Shown piece after piece: positions 1 to 9,597 of a stretch of 51,129 nt of DNA. Positions within the stretch are counted from its first letter, which is position 1, and every line of letters begins with the position of its first letter. Both the position numbers and the translations under genes were made by a program. This stretch comes from a virus. The notes beneath the pieces are model-generated. The model saw only the letters and a list, made by a program, of their open reading frames with translations. It was not told the origin of the DNA and searched no databases. The stretch is taken from the IMG/VR virus record IMGVR_UViG_3300033412_000644. The stretch is one strand, 5' to 3'.

Positions 1-2
1 GT

Positions 3-434
3 TTGCACACGCTGTATGCAGACGACCCGGTGACGGCGATCATGTTGTTGGGCGCCGCGCTGGAGCGGTGGAAGAAGGTGCTGCCTGACGCGTCCGTTTC
101 GCCGGCGGCGCAAGCGGTGATGAAGCGCTACTTCGATACGTACAAGGATGATCCTTCTCGAATCGAACTCAACGCAGACCCCGACCGCCCGAGCCACGGC
201 AAGTCGATCTGGCAGCCTGACGGCGATGACTTCTTGAAGGCAGCGTACCTGGGACCGGTGGGTTTCAACCTCGCCAAGGCATCCAGCTCCGGTGATCAAG
301 CGATCGACGCCGCCGTCGATCCCGCAACGCCGCCCGTCAAGGAAGCAGGTCGAGTGCGCGCCTGGTTGCAGATCGTCGCCAAGAAGGGCTTCGAGGCAGC
401 TTACGACGACGTCAAGCGAACCAAGATGTCGTGA
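3..434 (+). CDS. hypothetical protein (5' end outside window)
   Basis: Frame is open from the window edge. Non-repetitive 143-aa product, no recognisable motif. Confidence 0.4.
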   Translation: MHTLYADDPVTAIMLLGAALERWKKVLPDASVSPAAQAVMKRYFDTYKDDPSRIELNADPDRPSHGKSIWQPDGDDFLKAAYLGPVGFNLAKASSSGDQAIDAAVDPATPPVKEAGRVRAWLQIVAKKGFEAAYDDVKRTKMS

Positions 435-467
435 AACAGCGTTCTGCGACCGAAGTATGATGGTCGC

Positions 468-746
468 ATGGCAAAGAACGAAGCCCCCTCAATCGCCGAC
501 ATGCAGCCTGACGAGATCAACGCGCTCCGCGCCTTGGTCCAAGAGTTCATCGGCAAGGTCGAAGCAGTGGACAACGAGATCGAGCAGCTCAAGGAGGACC
601 GAAAGGACCTCATCGAGGACTACAAGTCGAAGCTCGACATGAAGACGCTGCAACAGGCCTTGAAGGTCATCAAGATCCAGCGCGAAGTCCAGCACAAGGA
701 CACCTTCGATCTTTTCATCGAAGCGCTCACAGATCCCGCTCAGTGA
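468..746 (+). CDS. GapR-like / DUF2312-family coiled-coil DNA-binding protein
   Basis: 92 aa. Pattern resembles Caulobacter GapR (LKSIIDRVERLE...KVLKKVVRIRKQDR...DLYLSAI versus LRALVQEFIGKVE...KTLQQALKVIKIQREVQ...DLFIEAL). This family is typical of alphaproteobacteria and their phages. Confidence 0.5.
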   Translation: MAKNEAPSIADMQPDEINALRALVQEFIGKVEAVDNEIEQLKEDRKDLIEDYKSKLDMKTLQQALKVIKIQREVQHKDTFDLFIEALTDPAQ

Positions 747-775
747 GCGGTTGACCTTCCTACCTACATCATACG

Positions 776-2128
776 ATGAGCACCGACCGTTGGGCCGGCG
801 TAGTCCGGCCATACCCTTGGGCTGATGTGAAGCGTCTGCAGGGACGCACCAAAGTCAAACACACACTGGCCGAGGAGGGTGCAACTCGCCTCTGGTCGTT
901 GATGTGTGGGAGACCTTTCGTCCGCGCGCTGGGAGCGTCAACGGGCAACATGGCCGTCCAACAGGTCAAGGCCGGGTTGGAGGCGATCTACTGCAGCGGC
1001 TGGCAAGTCGCGGCAGACGCCAACAACGCCGGGCACACCTATCCGGACCAGAGCCTGTACCCCGCCGACAGCGTGCCGACGCTGGTCCGACGCATCAACA
1101 ACGCGATGCTCAGAGCTGAGCAGATCGATACGTTGGATGACGACGGAGATCTCAAGAAGCCGTACAAGCACTGGATGGCTCCCATCGTCGCCGACGCTGA
1201 AGCAGGCTTCGGCGGTCCACTCAACGCCTACGAACTGGTGAAAGCGCTAGTCGAAGCGGGAGCGGCAGGCATCCACCTCGAGGACCAGCTCGCCAGCGCT
1301 AAGAAGTGCGGCCACCTGGGTGGCAAGGTGCTAGTGCCAACGAAGCAATTCATCCAGACGTTGATCGCGGCCCGCTTGGCCTGTGACGTGTTGGAAGTAC
1401 CGACGGTCATCATCGCCAGGACTGATGCGCTGAGCGCGCAACTGATCACTTCTGATGTCGACACTCAAAACGACTGGAAGTACTGCGAACACAACAAGGG
1501 CCGTACCTCCGAGGGCTTCTACTACTTGGGCGGCGACCCGATGGAGCGCACCATCGCTCGTGGACTCGCCTACGCGCCCTATGCTGACGTCCTCTGGTTC
1601 GAGACGTCGGAGCCCGACATGCACCAGGCGTGGCGTTTCGCTGACGCCATTCGCGGCAAGTTCCCGGGCAAGATGTTGGCCTACAACTGCAGCCCGTCGT
1701 TCAACTGGAAGAAGAAGCTGTCCGACGTCGACATCGCCCGTTTCCAGGACGAGCTGGGCAAGATGGGCTACAAGTTCCAGTTCGTCACGTTGGCTGGGTT
1801 CCATGCACTGTCGCACGGTATGTTCAAGTTGGCCCACAGCTACAAGGACGCGGGCATGACGGCGTACGCTGAGCTTCAGGAGCAGGAGTTCGCCAGCGAG
1901 AAAGACGGCTACACCGCGACTCGCCACCAGCGTGAGGTGGGCACCGGTTACTTCGATACGATTGCGCAGATCGTCAGTGGAGGCACTGCGTCAACGTTGG
2001 CCTTGGAAGGCTCGACGGAGACTGCGCAGTTCACTGAACACGGCGCGGTAGACGAGGTAGGATCGAAGGGTGAACCCTCCGGAGATCAAGAAACGCAAGA
2101 CGTTCAGCCTTCGCCTGAACAAGTTTGA
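776..2128 (+). CDS. aceA: isocitrate lyase (bacterial short type) with ~30-aa C-terminal extension
   Basis: Catalytic signature KKCGHLGGK. Long colinear identity to E. coli AceA ([42 protein letters not shown]). Confidence 0.93.
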   Translation: MSTDRWAGVVRPYPWADVKRLQGRTKVKHTLAEEGATRLWSLMCGRPFVRALGASTGNMAVQQVKAGLEAIYCSGWQVAADANNAGHTYPDQSLYPADSVPTLVRRINNAMLRAEQIDTLDDDGDLKKPYKHWMAPIVADAEAGFGGPLNAYELVKALVEAGAAGIHLEDQLASAKKCGHLGGKVLVPTKQFIQTLIAARLACDVLEVPTVIIARTDALSAQLITSDVDTQNDWKYCEHNKGRTSEGFYYLGGDPMERTIARGLAYAPYADVLWFETSEPDMHQAWRFADAIRGKFPGKMLAYNCSPSFNWKKKLSDVDIARFQDELGKMGYKFQFVTLAGFHALSHGMFKLAHSYKDAGMTAYAELQEQEFASEKDGYTATRHQREVGTGYFDTIAQIVSGGTASTLALEGSTETAQFTEHGAVDEVGSKGEPSGDQETQDVQPSPEQV

Positions 2129-2435
2129 GCTGCTCCACCTGCGTGACCTGTTCGGGGTGGTGATGCCACCTGAATTGAAGGTGACGCTGAGCCAGGCGCT
2201 GGCGACGTCACAGGACAGGAGCATGGTCGAGTCCAAGCTCTGGCAGAAGGTCGCCAGAGCGTGTGAGGAAGCTGAGTTGCCCATGGGCGATGATGCTCCC
2301 GACTTCGTCGTCGCTGCGTCCGCAGCACCGCCTGTCGGCATCTTCGAGTTGGCACACGATCCGCACCCCGAAGAGGTGCCCGAGGAAGAGGGCCAGAACC
2401 CGCTCGAGGCACTGACCAAAGACGAGGAAGACTAA
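2070..2435 (+). CDS. hypothetical protein overlapping the aceA 3' end (GTG start)
   Basis: 121-aa ORF in another frame overlapping the last 59 nt of aceA. Ends in ATGA overlap with the next gene; acidic C terminus. Confidence 0.3.
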   Translation: MNPPEIKKRKTFSLRLNKFELLHLRDLFGVVMPPELKVTLSQALATSQDRSMVESKLWQKVARACEEAELPMGDDAPDFVVAASAAPPVGIFELAHDPHPEEVPEEEGQNPLEALTKDEED

Positions 2436-2923
2436 TGAACTACAAGGTCGGTCAAGTCCTGTTCGTCGTGCTCAAAAAGGAGCAGAAGGTGTACCCGATG
2501 CAGGTCGTCGAAGAGATCACCAAGCGGACCCTGCAGGGCGCCGAAATGACGTACATGGTCCGCGCCGGCACTGATCCGAAGAGCGTCGTCAGCATCAACG
2601 ACATTGACGGCGAGGTCTTCGACACGTCCGAGAAGGCCCGCGCCACGCTGGTCGACAGAGCCACCAGGTCGATCAATCGTTTGGTCGACGTCGCCGTCCA
2701 AAAGGCCAAGGAGTGGTACCCGGGCTCGTTTGAGGTACCGACCGACGACGTCCTATCGGTGTTGAAGAAGGCACCCGAGCACCGAGTTCCAGGTGCGGAA
2801 GTTGCAGAGCTTGCTGCTGAATTCCAGAGCGAAGTTGAGGAAGGCAATGCGACAGTGATTGAGCTGCCTGATGGCCGCCAGGCACGAGTCAGGCAAGTCA
2901 AGCTGCCAGATGCGCTGAAGTGA
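2435..2923 (+). CDS. hypothetical protein
   Basis: 162-aa ORF with GAGGAAG Shine-Dalgarno 4 nt upstream of the ATG. No recognised domain. Confidence 0.45.
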   Translation: MNYKVGQVLFVVLKKEQKVYPMQVVEEITKRTLQGAEMTYMVRAGTDPKSVVSINDIDGEVFDTSEKARATLVDRATRSINRLVDVAVQKAKEWYPGSFEVPTDDVLSVLKKAPEHRVPGAEVAELAAEFQSEVEEGNATVIELPDGRQARVRQVKLPDALK

Positions 2924-2937
2924 AGCCTATTTAGGGC

Positions 2938-3201
2938 ATGAGGATCACCCTCCGCCAACTCCGGGACCTGATCAGCGAAGTCATCAGCGCTTCTCCTCAA
3001 TACATGCAAAAGGAGAGGGTGCGCGAGCAGCTGCAGGCCGCCATCGTCGCTGCGGTGCAGGCCGGTAAGGTCAAGGACCCCGCGACCCTGGCAGCGTTCC
3101 TGAAGAGGTTGAGCCGTCCCGCCTCACCGGACAAGGACTTGGCGCTGACGGCGTTGAAGTCGATTCCGTTTGAGGTGTGGTTGAAACTGGCAAAGATGTA
3201 G
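2938..3201 (+). CDS. small protein carrying the shared N-terminal motif (family member 1: MRITLRQLRDLISE)
   Basis: The N-terminal 15 aa are conserved with ORFs at 10099, 32977 and 37937. Confidence 0.5.
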   Translation: MRITLRQLRDLISEVISASPQYMQKERVREQLQAAIVAAVQAGKVKDPATLAAFLKRLSRPASPDKDLALTALKSIPFEVWLKLAKM

Positions 3202-3213
3202 TAGGGTCTGGTC

Positions 3214-3741
3214 ATGAAGAAGACGTCACAGCAGTGGTGGGCGGAGGTCAAGGCCGATCCTGACAAGCTCAACGGTTGGTTGATCAGGCAGTACCGAGGA
3301 GAAGCGACGGCGAGTCGACGCATCAAGGAATTCGCCGACCGCTACGCTCCGGACACGGTGACCAAGCGAATCCTCGGCATGATCGCCGACCAAGAGAAGC
3401 AACACGCAGAGTGGGTGTTGGAGCTGTTGAAGGCACGAGGCATCGAGCCCAACCTCAACGACGCCGAGAAGCGCTACTGGAAAGAGACGTTGCCCGACAT
3501 CAAGACGTTCGCGACCGGAGCCGCAGTGGGTGCTCACGCCGAGCGGATGCGCCTCGAGCGAATCGAGACCATTGCCAACGACCGCGGCGCGCCCCAAGAC
3601 ATCCGGAAGACCTTCCAGCTGATCCTGAAGGACGAGCTGTTCCACGCCGCTGCGTTTGAGCAGATGGCGGGACCCGAAGCGTTGGAGCAGACGCTCCCGT
3701 CGCACCGTCGAGGTCGCGAAGCGCTCGGCCTCGAGCCGTGA
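3214..3741 (+). CDS. ferritin-like helical protein (two ExxH motifs)
   Basis: EKQH and ELFH motifs about 100 aa apart in a predicted all-helical 175-aa protein. A diiron-carboxylate-like fold is inferred only. Confidence 0.4.
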   Translation: MKKTSQQWWAEVKADPDKLNGWLIRQYRGEATASRRIKEFADRYAPDTVTKRILGMIADQEKQHAEWVLELLKARGIEPNLNDAEKRYWKETLPDIKTFATGAAVGAHAERMRLERIETIANDRGAPQDIRKTFQLILKDELFHAAAFEQMAGPEALEQTLPSHRRGREALGLEP

Positions 3742-3759
3742 CGTTGTACCTCTGCTGAC

Positions 3760-4077
3760 TTGCGTTGTAGTGTCAATGACATGGACGCAGGTGACAAGTT
3801 TTCTAGTACGTTTGCCATTGCGATGGCACTCGTCATCGTCCTCGGTCTTGCATCACTAGTCGGCATCCCGATCTTCAAGTCGATCACCGCCGATGGCAAG
3901 GTCGAGTACTGCTACGTCGAGAACGAGCGGACGCAAGTTCCCAACCAACCCGACGTTGTTCTCTACCAACTGTACGGCTTCAGGCCTTGGCGATCCGATC
4001 GCCGCCTCGCCGTCAACCTGCCTTCGCTCGAGGCAGCAAAAGTTGAGGCGGACCGAATTGGCTGCCCAATGAAGTGA
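3760..4077 (+). CDS. small secreted/membrane protein, paralog of 37424..37660
   Basis: N-terminal hydrophobic segment, then DGKVEYCYVENERTQVP...GFRPWRSDRRLAV...CP, matching DGRIDYCRVIYYNENNVQLP...GHRPWRPDVRVAI...CP at 37.4 kb. Confidence 0.45.
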   Translation: MRCSVNDMDAGDKFSSTFAIAMALVIVLGLASLVGIPIFKSITADGKVEYCYVENERTQVPNQPDVVLYQLYGFRPWRSDRRLAVNLPSLEAAKVEADRIGCPMK

Positions 4078-4081
4078 TGCG

Positions 4082-4285
4082 ATGGAGATGTTCATCGCCT
4101 TCATCGCAGGATTGACGCTGCTGTCGATCATCCTGTCCAGCCAGCTCATCAAGGCTCGCTATGAGTGTCGCAAGCGACACATCGAGAGCTTGGGACGCGT
4201 GGAAGACGCCATCAAGGTCAACCTACCTGAGACGGCGTCCGAATTGATGTGTGCTGTCATCGACGAGGAGATGGACAAGCTATGA
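4082..4285 (+). CDS. small single-pass membrane protein
   Basis: 67 aa with an N-terminal TM helix (FIAFIAGLTLLSIILSS). ATGA overlap with the downstream gene. Confidence 0.4.
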   Translation: MEMFIAFIAGLTLLSIILSSQLIKARYECRKRHIESLGRVEDAIKVNLPETASELMCAVIDEEMDKL

Positions 4286-4734
4286 GTGTATGGAAGCGTT
4301 TCACCCGTTGGCTCGGCTTCGGCTACAAGCCTCAAACCAAGATCGCTGCGCGCCACGACGATGAAATCGTCCAGCGCTACATCGACACCGGCCTGGAATT
4401 CGGTGATGCGGTCAGCATGATCTACATGGGTGAGTGCATCGGCTTTGACAAGCTCCTGGCCAAGTGGGAGGAGGCCGAACAGGCGTACTCCGACCTGGGC
4501 TTCCGGACGCTGACGCTGGATGCCTTCGTCGATTCAGGAGGTTGGGGTAAGGAACTGGAAGGACTCAGCGTGGCCCGCGACGAAGGCGAAGAGCCCGTCT
4601 TCCACGCCAAGTACTACCGAGAGCACTACCTTGGCAAGAACATGATCGTCGGCCTCGATCCGGTGGGTGACAGCGGCGCTGTTGTCGGTCACTACATCCG
4701 ACCGTCGACGGAGCACCTCGTCAAGGAGAAGTGA
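4282..4734 (+). CDS. hypothetical protein
   Basis: Internal ATG at 4282 forms an ATGA overlap with the upstream stop. 150-aa product. Confidence 0.4.
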   Translation: MSVWKRFTRWLGFGYKPQTKIAARHDDEIVQRYIDTGLEFGDAVSMIYMGECIGFDKLLAKWEEAEQAYSDLGFRTLTLDAFVDSGGWGKELEGLSVARDEGEEPVFHAKYYREHYLGKNMIVGLDPVGDSGAVVGHYIRPSTEHLVKEK

Positions 4735-4735
4735 G

Positions 4736-5107
4736 ATGGCAGAGAGCAAGCTGTTCTACGTCTGGGTGACGATGATCAGCGAACCCAACGCGGAGCGCTT
4801 GGTCGGCAAGCTCGTTCGCAGGAACTGGAAGGTGCAGGCCTTGGGCAATCACCTGGTGCTGCACAGCCAGGAGAGCCCGTGTGCCTTGGTCGCCATCTCA
4901 CTGTCGCGGACTGAGCCGTTGAAGAAAGGCGAGGAGGTCGGTTACACTGCCGTCCTCGAAGAAGTCAAGGACGTGCTGAAGCGCCTCGACGTCAAGTACA
5001 TGAACCTCATCGTCACTGAGTCGACGGGCTGCACTTGGTGTTTGGGCAACATCAACCTCACGCAAGAAAAGAAGCAACTCGAAGAAGAGAAGAAGGGCCT
5101 CAACTGA
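4736..5107 (+). CDS. hypothetical protein
   Basis: Start lies 1 nt after the upstream stop. 123 aa; lysine/glutamate-rich C terminus. Confidence 0.4.
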   Translation: MAESKLFYVWVTMISEPNAERLVGKLVRRNWKVQALGNHLVLHSQESPCALVAISLSRTEPLKKGEEVGYTAVLEEVKDVLKRLDVKYMNLIVTESTGCTWCLGNINLTQEKKQLEEEKKGLN

Positions 5108-5871
5108 TGTTGCACGATTCATTGGGCGACCGCATGAAGGCCTACGAGGTCGCAGCGCGGACGGTGCTGCCTCACCGGCTGCCTGTCATCATTCGCGTCG
5201 ACGGCAAGGCATTTCACACCTACACTGCCAAGTGCGAGCGTCCATTCGACCGACGCTTGAGCGACGTCATGGTGTCGACGGCGAAGCGCCTGTGCGAAGA
5301 GATCCAGGGAGCCCAGTTGGCCTACACTCAGTCGGACGAGATTTCGATCCTGGTGCACGGCTACAAGAAGTTCGACACGCAGTCGTGGTTCGACAACCAA
5401 GTTCAGAAGATGACCAGCATCGCTGCGGCGACGGCATCATCACACTTCAGCCTCAACTCCTGGCTCATCTGGGGCGATTGGAAGGATGACACCTTCTACA
5501 AGCCCGCCGATGTCATGAAGGCGCTGCGACCGGCGACCTTCGACGCTCGCGTCTTCATCATCCCCGAGGCCGACGTCTGCAATTACTTCCTGTGGCGACA
5601 GCAGGACGCGACCCGCAACTCAGTCCAGATGCTAGCTCGCTCGCTGTACTCGCACAAGCAGTGCAACAACAAGAACGGCGTCGAGCTGCAGGAGATGTGC
5701 TTTCAAAAGGGTCACAACTGGAACGACCTGGAGCCTCGGTGGAAACGCGGCGTCTGCATCCTCCGGCCGCTGACCAACGACCGGAACCCATGGCACCTCG
5801 ACGACCAGATCCCGATCTTCTCACAGGATCGTAGCTACATCAATGACCTGCTGAAGCTTGAGGAAGAGTGA
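5107..5871 (+). CDS. Thg1-like protein (tRNA-His guanylyltransferase family)
   Basis: MKAYE...RLPVIIRVDGKAFHTYT...RPFD...SDEISIL matches the Thg1 N-terminal catalytic region (RxDGxxFHxF, PxD). TGATG overlap with the upstream gene. Confidence 0.72.
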   Translation: MLHDSLGDRMKAYEVAARTVLPHRLPVIIRVDGKAFHTYTAKCERPFDRRLSDVMVSTAKRLCEEIQGAQLAYTQSDEISILVHGYKKFDTQSWFDNQVQKMTSIAAATASSHFSLNSWLIWGDWKDDTFYKPADVMKALRPATFDARVFIIPEADVCNYFLWRQQDATRNSVQMLARSLYSHKQCNNKNGVELQEMCFQKGHNWNDLEPRWKRGVCILRPLTNDRNPWHLDDQIPIFSQDRSYINDLLKLEEE

Positions 5872-6138
5872 GTGATTCCAAGTGAGTGGCGAGTCAAACC
5901 GGGAGACTTCGTCCAACGCAATCAGTTCCTTGCCTACGCCTATGACTACGGCGATGTCGAGGGAGTTCCCGATCACTCACCCCTTCTGAACAAGAAAGAA
6001 GCTACCTCACGATTTTGGAGCATTCACGAAACGGCCGTGGTCATCTACGTCAACTCACCTGAGGCGAACTGTTGCCTCGTTTACGTTGCTTCGACGGGTT
6101 ACCTGTGGGTACCCATCGCCGGGTTGACTCATGTATGA
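5872..6138 (+). CDS. hypothetical protein
   Basis: 88-aa ORF with a GTG start directly after the upstream stop. Confidence 0.35.
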   Translation: MIPSEWRVKPGDFVQRNQFLAYAYDYGDVEGVPDHSPLLNKKEATSRFWSIHETAVVIYVNSPEANCCLVYVASTGYLWVPIAGLTHV

Positions 6139-6334
6139 ATGCTTCAACTGCGGCATGTTGCCGGACGCTTGTGTCTGCATTCCGTGGTGCTACAAGCACG
6201 ACAGGCGCGACATTGAACCGCGCTGCCAACCGTGTGTCGTCGAACGTCGCGAGGAAGCCGAGAAGCGTGAACAATTGAAGTCTATCACGCTGCCATGGTA
6301 CGTTGTCCTCTACCGGTACCTGACCGGGGAGTAG
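6131..6334 (+). CDS. small Cys-rich (zinc-binding?) protein
   Basis: CFNCG...CVCIPWC...CQPC pattern in 67 aa. Confidence 0.35.
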   Translation: MYECFNCGMLPDACVCIPWCYKHDRRDIEPRCQPCVVERREEAEKREQLKSITLPWYVVLYRYLTGE

Positions 6335-6342
6335 TACAACAC

Positions 6343-6759
6343 ATGCCGACTTGGATCCTCGTTGCAATCTGCATCCTGTGCTGGGGGACCTGGGCGGTGG
6401 TCGAAAAGCTGGCGGTGAGACACGCCTCGCCGATGATGATGCAGGTCATCGGTGCCTATGCCTACTCGGCCATCGCGCCCGTCATCTTCCTCTACATGAA
6501 AGGAACCGGGCAATCGACCTCGTGGACGGTGCCCGGCATCGCGTGGACGAGCCTTGCGTGCCTGTTGGCGACGGTCGCTTCCTTCTGCTTCCAGTTTGCC
6601 ATCCAGCGGTCACACGTTCACCTCGTCGTGGGCTTCACGTCCACGTATCCAGTCCTCACTTTCCTCCTTTGCTGGCTTTTTCTGGGTGAACCTGTCACTT
6701 GGCAGAAGCTTGTGGGAATCGTCGCGATTGTTGTCGGGACCATCTTGATGGCTTCGTAG
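6343..6759 (+). CDS. small 4-TM membrane protein, EamA/DMT-like
   Basis: Four hydrophobic helices. GGAG Shine-Dalgarno before the ATG at 6343. Confidence 0.45.
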   Translation: MPTWILVAICILCWGTWAVVEKLAVRHASPMMMQVIGAYAYSAIAPVIFLYMKGTGQSTSWTVPGIAWTSLACLLATVASFCFQFAIQRSHVHLVVGFTSTYPVLTFLLCWLFLGEPVTWQKLVGIVAIVVGTILMAS

Positions 6760-6795
6760 CTGTATTTCGTATCCGAACTGTGGTATGGTGAATCC

Positions 6796-7029
6796 ATGCA
6801 CACCATTGAGCTCGATTTTGCCCACGATTGCGACCACACTCGGGATAGTCAGAACTTGGCGCAACGACACGGGTGCTCAGTGCGTCTACTCAAGGAGTTC
6901 GGCCCGGCGGGCGGCAATCCTCTGTACCAATTCACCGGCACCCGCTTGAATCTGGTGTCCATGCTTAGCGAGTTCTGTCAGGACCGCGACACCCTCAACC
7001 ACCAACTGACACGCATCAGGAACACATGA
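6796..7029 (+). CDS. hypothetical protein
   Basis: 77-aa ORF filling the gap. ATGA overlap with rnh. Confidence 0.3.
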   Translation: MHTIELDFAHDCDHTRDSQNLAQRHGCSVRLLKEFGPAGGNPLYQFTGTRLNLVSMLSEFCQDRDTLNHQLTRIRNT

Positions 7030-7841
7030 CAATTCTCTGCATCGACGGCTACAACTTCATCCACCGTGCCCGTGGCGGGTTCAAGTTGGGCGACTGGCCC
7101 GTCGTCTTCAACTTCGTTCGCAACCTCCGAGCAACGGTCGAACAGTTCAACCCGACCCGCGTCTACTTCGTCCTCGAGGGAGTGCCTCGGGCTCGGAAGA
7201 TTTTGATGCCTGAGTACAAGGCCAACCGTGTCGTCGACTACGACGACAAGGAGACACAGGCCTTCCTCCGCCAGATGCACGTCATCATCGACATGATCGA
7301 GGCGTACTATCCGATGTCGGTCGTCCGACACCCGAACTTCGAGGGAGACGACGTCATCTACAACCTGATCAAGCGGTCATCGACGGCAGTGCCGTGGGTC
7401 GTCGTCAGCAATGATGGTGACTTCACACAACTGCTCAATGAGTTCCCGCAGGTCACCGTCTACAATCCGATGCTGAAGGAGACGATCGTCAAACCCAACT
7501 ACGACTACGTCACCTGGAAGGCGCTGCGTGGTGACGGCAGTGACAACGTCAAGGGGGTCCGCGGCGTCAGCGACAAGCGTGCCGAGGAGCTCGCTTCGGA
7601 TCCCGAGAAGTTGAAGGCGTTCCTATCAGATCCCGAGGCCGCCCTCACCTTCCAACGCAACTACATCATCATCAAGTTCCACGGGTGGTCCGAGGAAACG
7701 ATGGGAGAGATGACGTGCTCGACACCAGTCAAGGATTGGGCCGCAGTGGCCAAGACCTTCGAGACGATGAAGTTCCAGTCGCTTCTCAAGGAGGCCACGT
7801 GGCAGAAGTACCAGGCGACGTTCGACCCGCTGTGGGGGTAG
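7026..7841 (+). CDS. rnh: T4-type RNase H / 5'-3' exonuclease (FEN family)
   Basis: VVSNDGDFTQL matches T4 ISSDGDFTQL. FEGDDVIY matches YEADDHIA. ALRGDGSDNVKGV matches the H3TH motif KGDKKDNVASV. LCIDGYNF is a PIN-like N-terminal motif. Confidence 0.8.
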   Translation: MTILCIDGYNFIHRARGGFKLGDWPVVFNFVRNLRATVEQFNPTRVYFVLEGVPRARKILMPEYKANRVVDYDDKETQAFLRQMHVIIDMIEAYYPMSVVRHPNFEGDDVIYNLIKRSSTAVPWVVVSNDGDFTQLLNEFPQVTVYNPMLKETIVKPNYDYVTWKALRGDGSDNVKGVRGVSDKRAEELASDPEKLKAFLSDPEAALTFQRNYIIIKFHGWSEETMGEMTCSTPVKDWAAVAKTFETMKFQSLLKEATWQKYQATFDPLWG

Positions 7842-8101
7842 AAACTCCTGAGCGTAAGGCTCAGATCCTCGACGCCATGCGGGACGCTGAGATGTGCGTG
7901 CTGCAGTACATCGGGCGTGACAAGAACCCCTTCCGCTCTACTGGCGACGTCGAGTTGGAGGAGGTCTGGGAACGAACGTGGAACCTGCACTCGGAACTCA
8001 GGGGCCTGCGTTCCTCCGTCGTGTGTCTGGAAGAGATCTGCCGACGGCACGAGTTGCGCGCCAAGGGAAGCAAACGCTGATACTTACCCAGCAGAGGTCC
8101 C

Positions 8102-8455
8102 ATGCCTGGAATGTCACCGCCGATGTCGCTGAAGGGCGACCCCGATATGCACCTGAAGAAGGTGCTGAAGAAGTATAAGAAGGATGACGTGTTCGATGAC
8201 GTGTCATCGTGGCTCGACATGGAACCCGGCTCGCCCGGCTCGTTGAAGAAGCACTGGATCCTGACCTTTGCCGACAACGCCGTTGACGACAAGGGCTACG
8301 CCACCAAGGAGGATTGGGAGATCGACCTCAAGGACCCGACGACGTGGCCTGGGGACGTGCCTGACATGCCGCCCGATCAGTTTTTCCTCGACCTGTTCAA
8401 GGCGATCAAGCTCGACGAGAAGCGCCGCAACAAGCGTTCCAGCTACGAGTTCTGA
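8102..8455 (+). CDS. hypothetical protein
   Basis: 117-aa ORF with AGAGG upstream of the start. Confidence 0.4.
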   Translation: MPGMSPPMSLKGDPDMHLKKVLKKYKKDDVFDDVSSWLDMEPGSPGSLKKHWILTFADNAVDDKGYATKEDWEIDLKDPTTWPGDVPDMPPDQFFLDLFKAIKLDEKRRNKRSSYEF

Positions 8456-8469
8456 AGTACAACGGATCT

Positions 8470-8655
8470 ATGAAGCGCTCACTGCTCTGGCGACTGAAGC
8501 ACCTGGTCCACAACTGCGTGGCTCACCCACTGCTGCCTCTTGCCGAAGCCCTGGACTCGGCGGAGTTGTACCGAACTTCAGACATCCTCTTCAAGTTTCA
8601 TGACATCACTACGCCTGATGATGACCCGCGCAATCGGTTGAGGTACTTGTCGTAG
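8470..8655 (+). CDS. hypothetical small protein
   Basis: 61-aa ORF followed by the only AT-richer gap on this strand. Confidence 0.3.
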   Translation: MKRSLLWRLKHLVHNCVAHPLLPLAEALDSAELYRTSDILFKFHDITTPDDDPRNRLRYLS

Positions 8656-8723
8656 CTTTAGAGCCATTTGCCCGCTCGCACATTTTCCTGTTCCGCACAG
8701 TAAATCGTGATAGACTTAAAATC

Positions 8724-9128
8724 ATGCAATACGAAAAAGGTGATCAGGTCAATGACGGTAGGTACAATTTCACGTTCCTAGAGTATGGGAGCGATGGGAG
8801 GCCCGTCGTGCTGAATTGGGCGTTCGGCATGGAGGGAAAAAAGACAGAACGTTGGGTCGTTGATCCGGCGACACTACGCGATGGTTGGTTGACTAGTCGA
8901 CGTGACGGGCCAACGTTGAATTTCGTGGCGCCGGCGAAGCCGAAAGGTCTCAATGATCCCTACGAGCTCGCTCTGCACGTGGCCAAGAACTGGCAAAAGA
9001 TCACCGGTCTTCCGAAGTCGGCGATGCACGAAGAGGGTGAGTTTCCCGAGGCGGTTGAGAAGCTCTGCGCGGCATACAATGTCGACCTCACTGATTTTTC
9101 GGACGCCTGGAACGAGGTGCATTCATGA
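8724..9128 (+). CDS. hypothetical protein
   Basis: 134 aa. ATGA overlap with the next gene. Confidence 0.45.
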   Translation: MQYEKGDQVNDGRYNFTFLEYGSDGRPVVLNWAFGMEGKKTERWVVDPATLRDGWLTSRRDGPTLNFVAPAKPKGLNDPYELALHVAKNWQKITGLPKSAMHEEGEFPEAVEKLCAAYNVDLTDFSDAWNEVHS

Positions 9129-9550
9129 CCGTCGCCGTCTCATCGCAAGCCGTCTCGCAGATCCTGAACAACCTCAAGACAGCTGCGAAGCGCCTCGCCG
9201 ACATGAACGTGGGGCGAGTTCCGAGGGACGTGGCCGAGAACCTGAAGGCCTATTCGGCGTACCTCCAACAGGTCGCTGCCGACGTTGAAGAGTTCGCTCA
9301 GTCAGCCAAGTTTCCGCGGCGCGACTGGGGCCTCGCCAACAAGGTGCAGCACGTGGCCGAAGGCCTCAGTGAGCTCGACTTGCGCCGCCTTCGCAAGGCC
9401 GACATCGCCTGGTTGACGGAGGTTGTTGAAGACCTCTGGGACATCAGGGGAGCGCTGGTCAACCTGGAGTCGGGCGGCAACGCTAAGGTCATGGGTTGGG
9501 ACCCCGAGGCCAAAGCGTATCGAAAGAACAAGTACGTAGACGAAGGCTGA
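9125..9550 (+). CDS. hypothetical protein
   Basis: 141 aa, helical. Confidence 0.45.
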   Translation: MTVAVSSQAVSQILNNLKTAAKRLADMNVGRVPRDVAENLKAYSAYLQQVAADVEEFAQSAKFPRRDWGLANKVQHVAEGLSELDLRRLRKADIAWLTEVVEDLWDIRGALVNLESGGNAKVMGWDPEAKAYRKNKYVDEG

Positions 9551-9597
9551 ACACTCTCGGCATTTCGGGCCTACCTAGACGACATGGGAGGTGCACC

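Noticed and set aside
1331-1927. Long antisense or alternate-frame ORFs inside aceA, groEL, the flotillin gene and the MVP gene (e.g. 1331..1927 -, 28025..28597 -, 46557..47582 +, 48881..49333 -)
   Set aside because: Shadow ORFs typical of high-GC DNA, with low-complexity Arg/Ala/Ser/Pro-rich translations, lying fully inside strongly supported genes.
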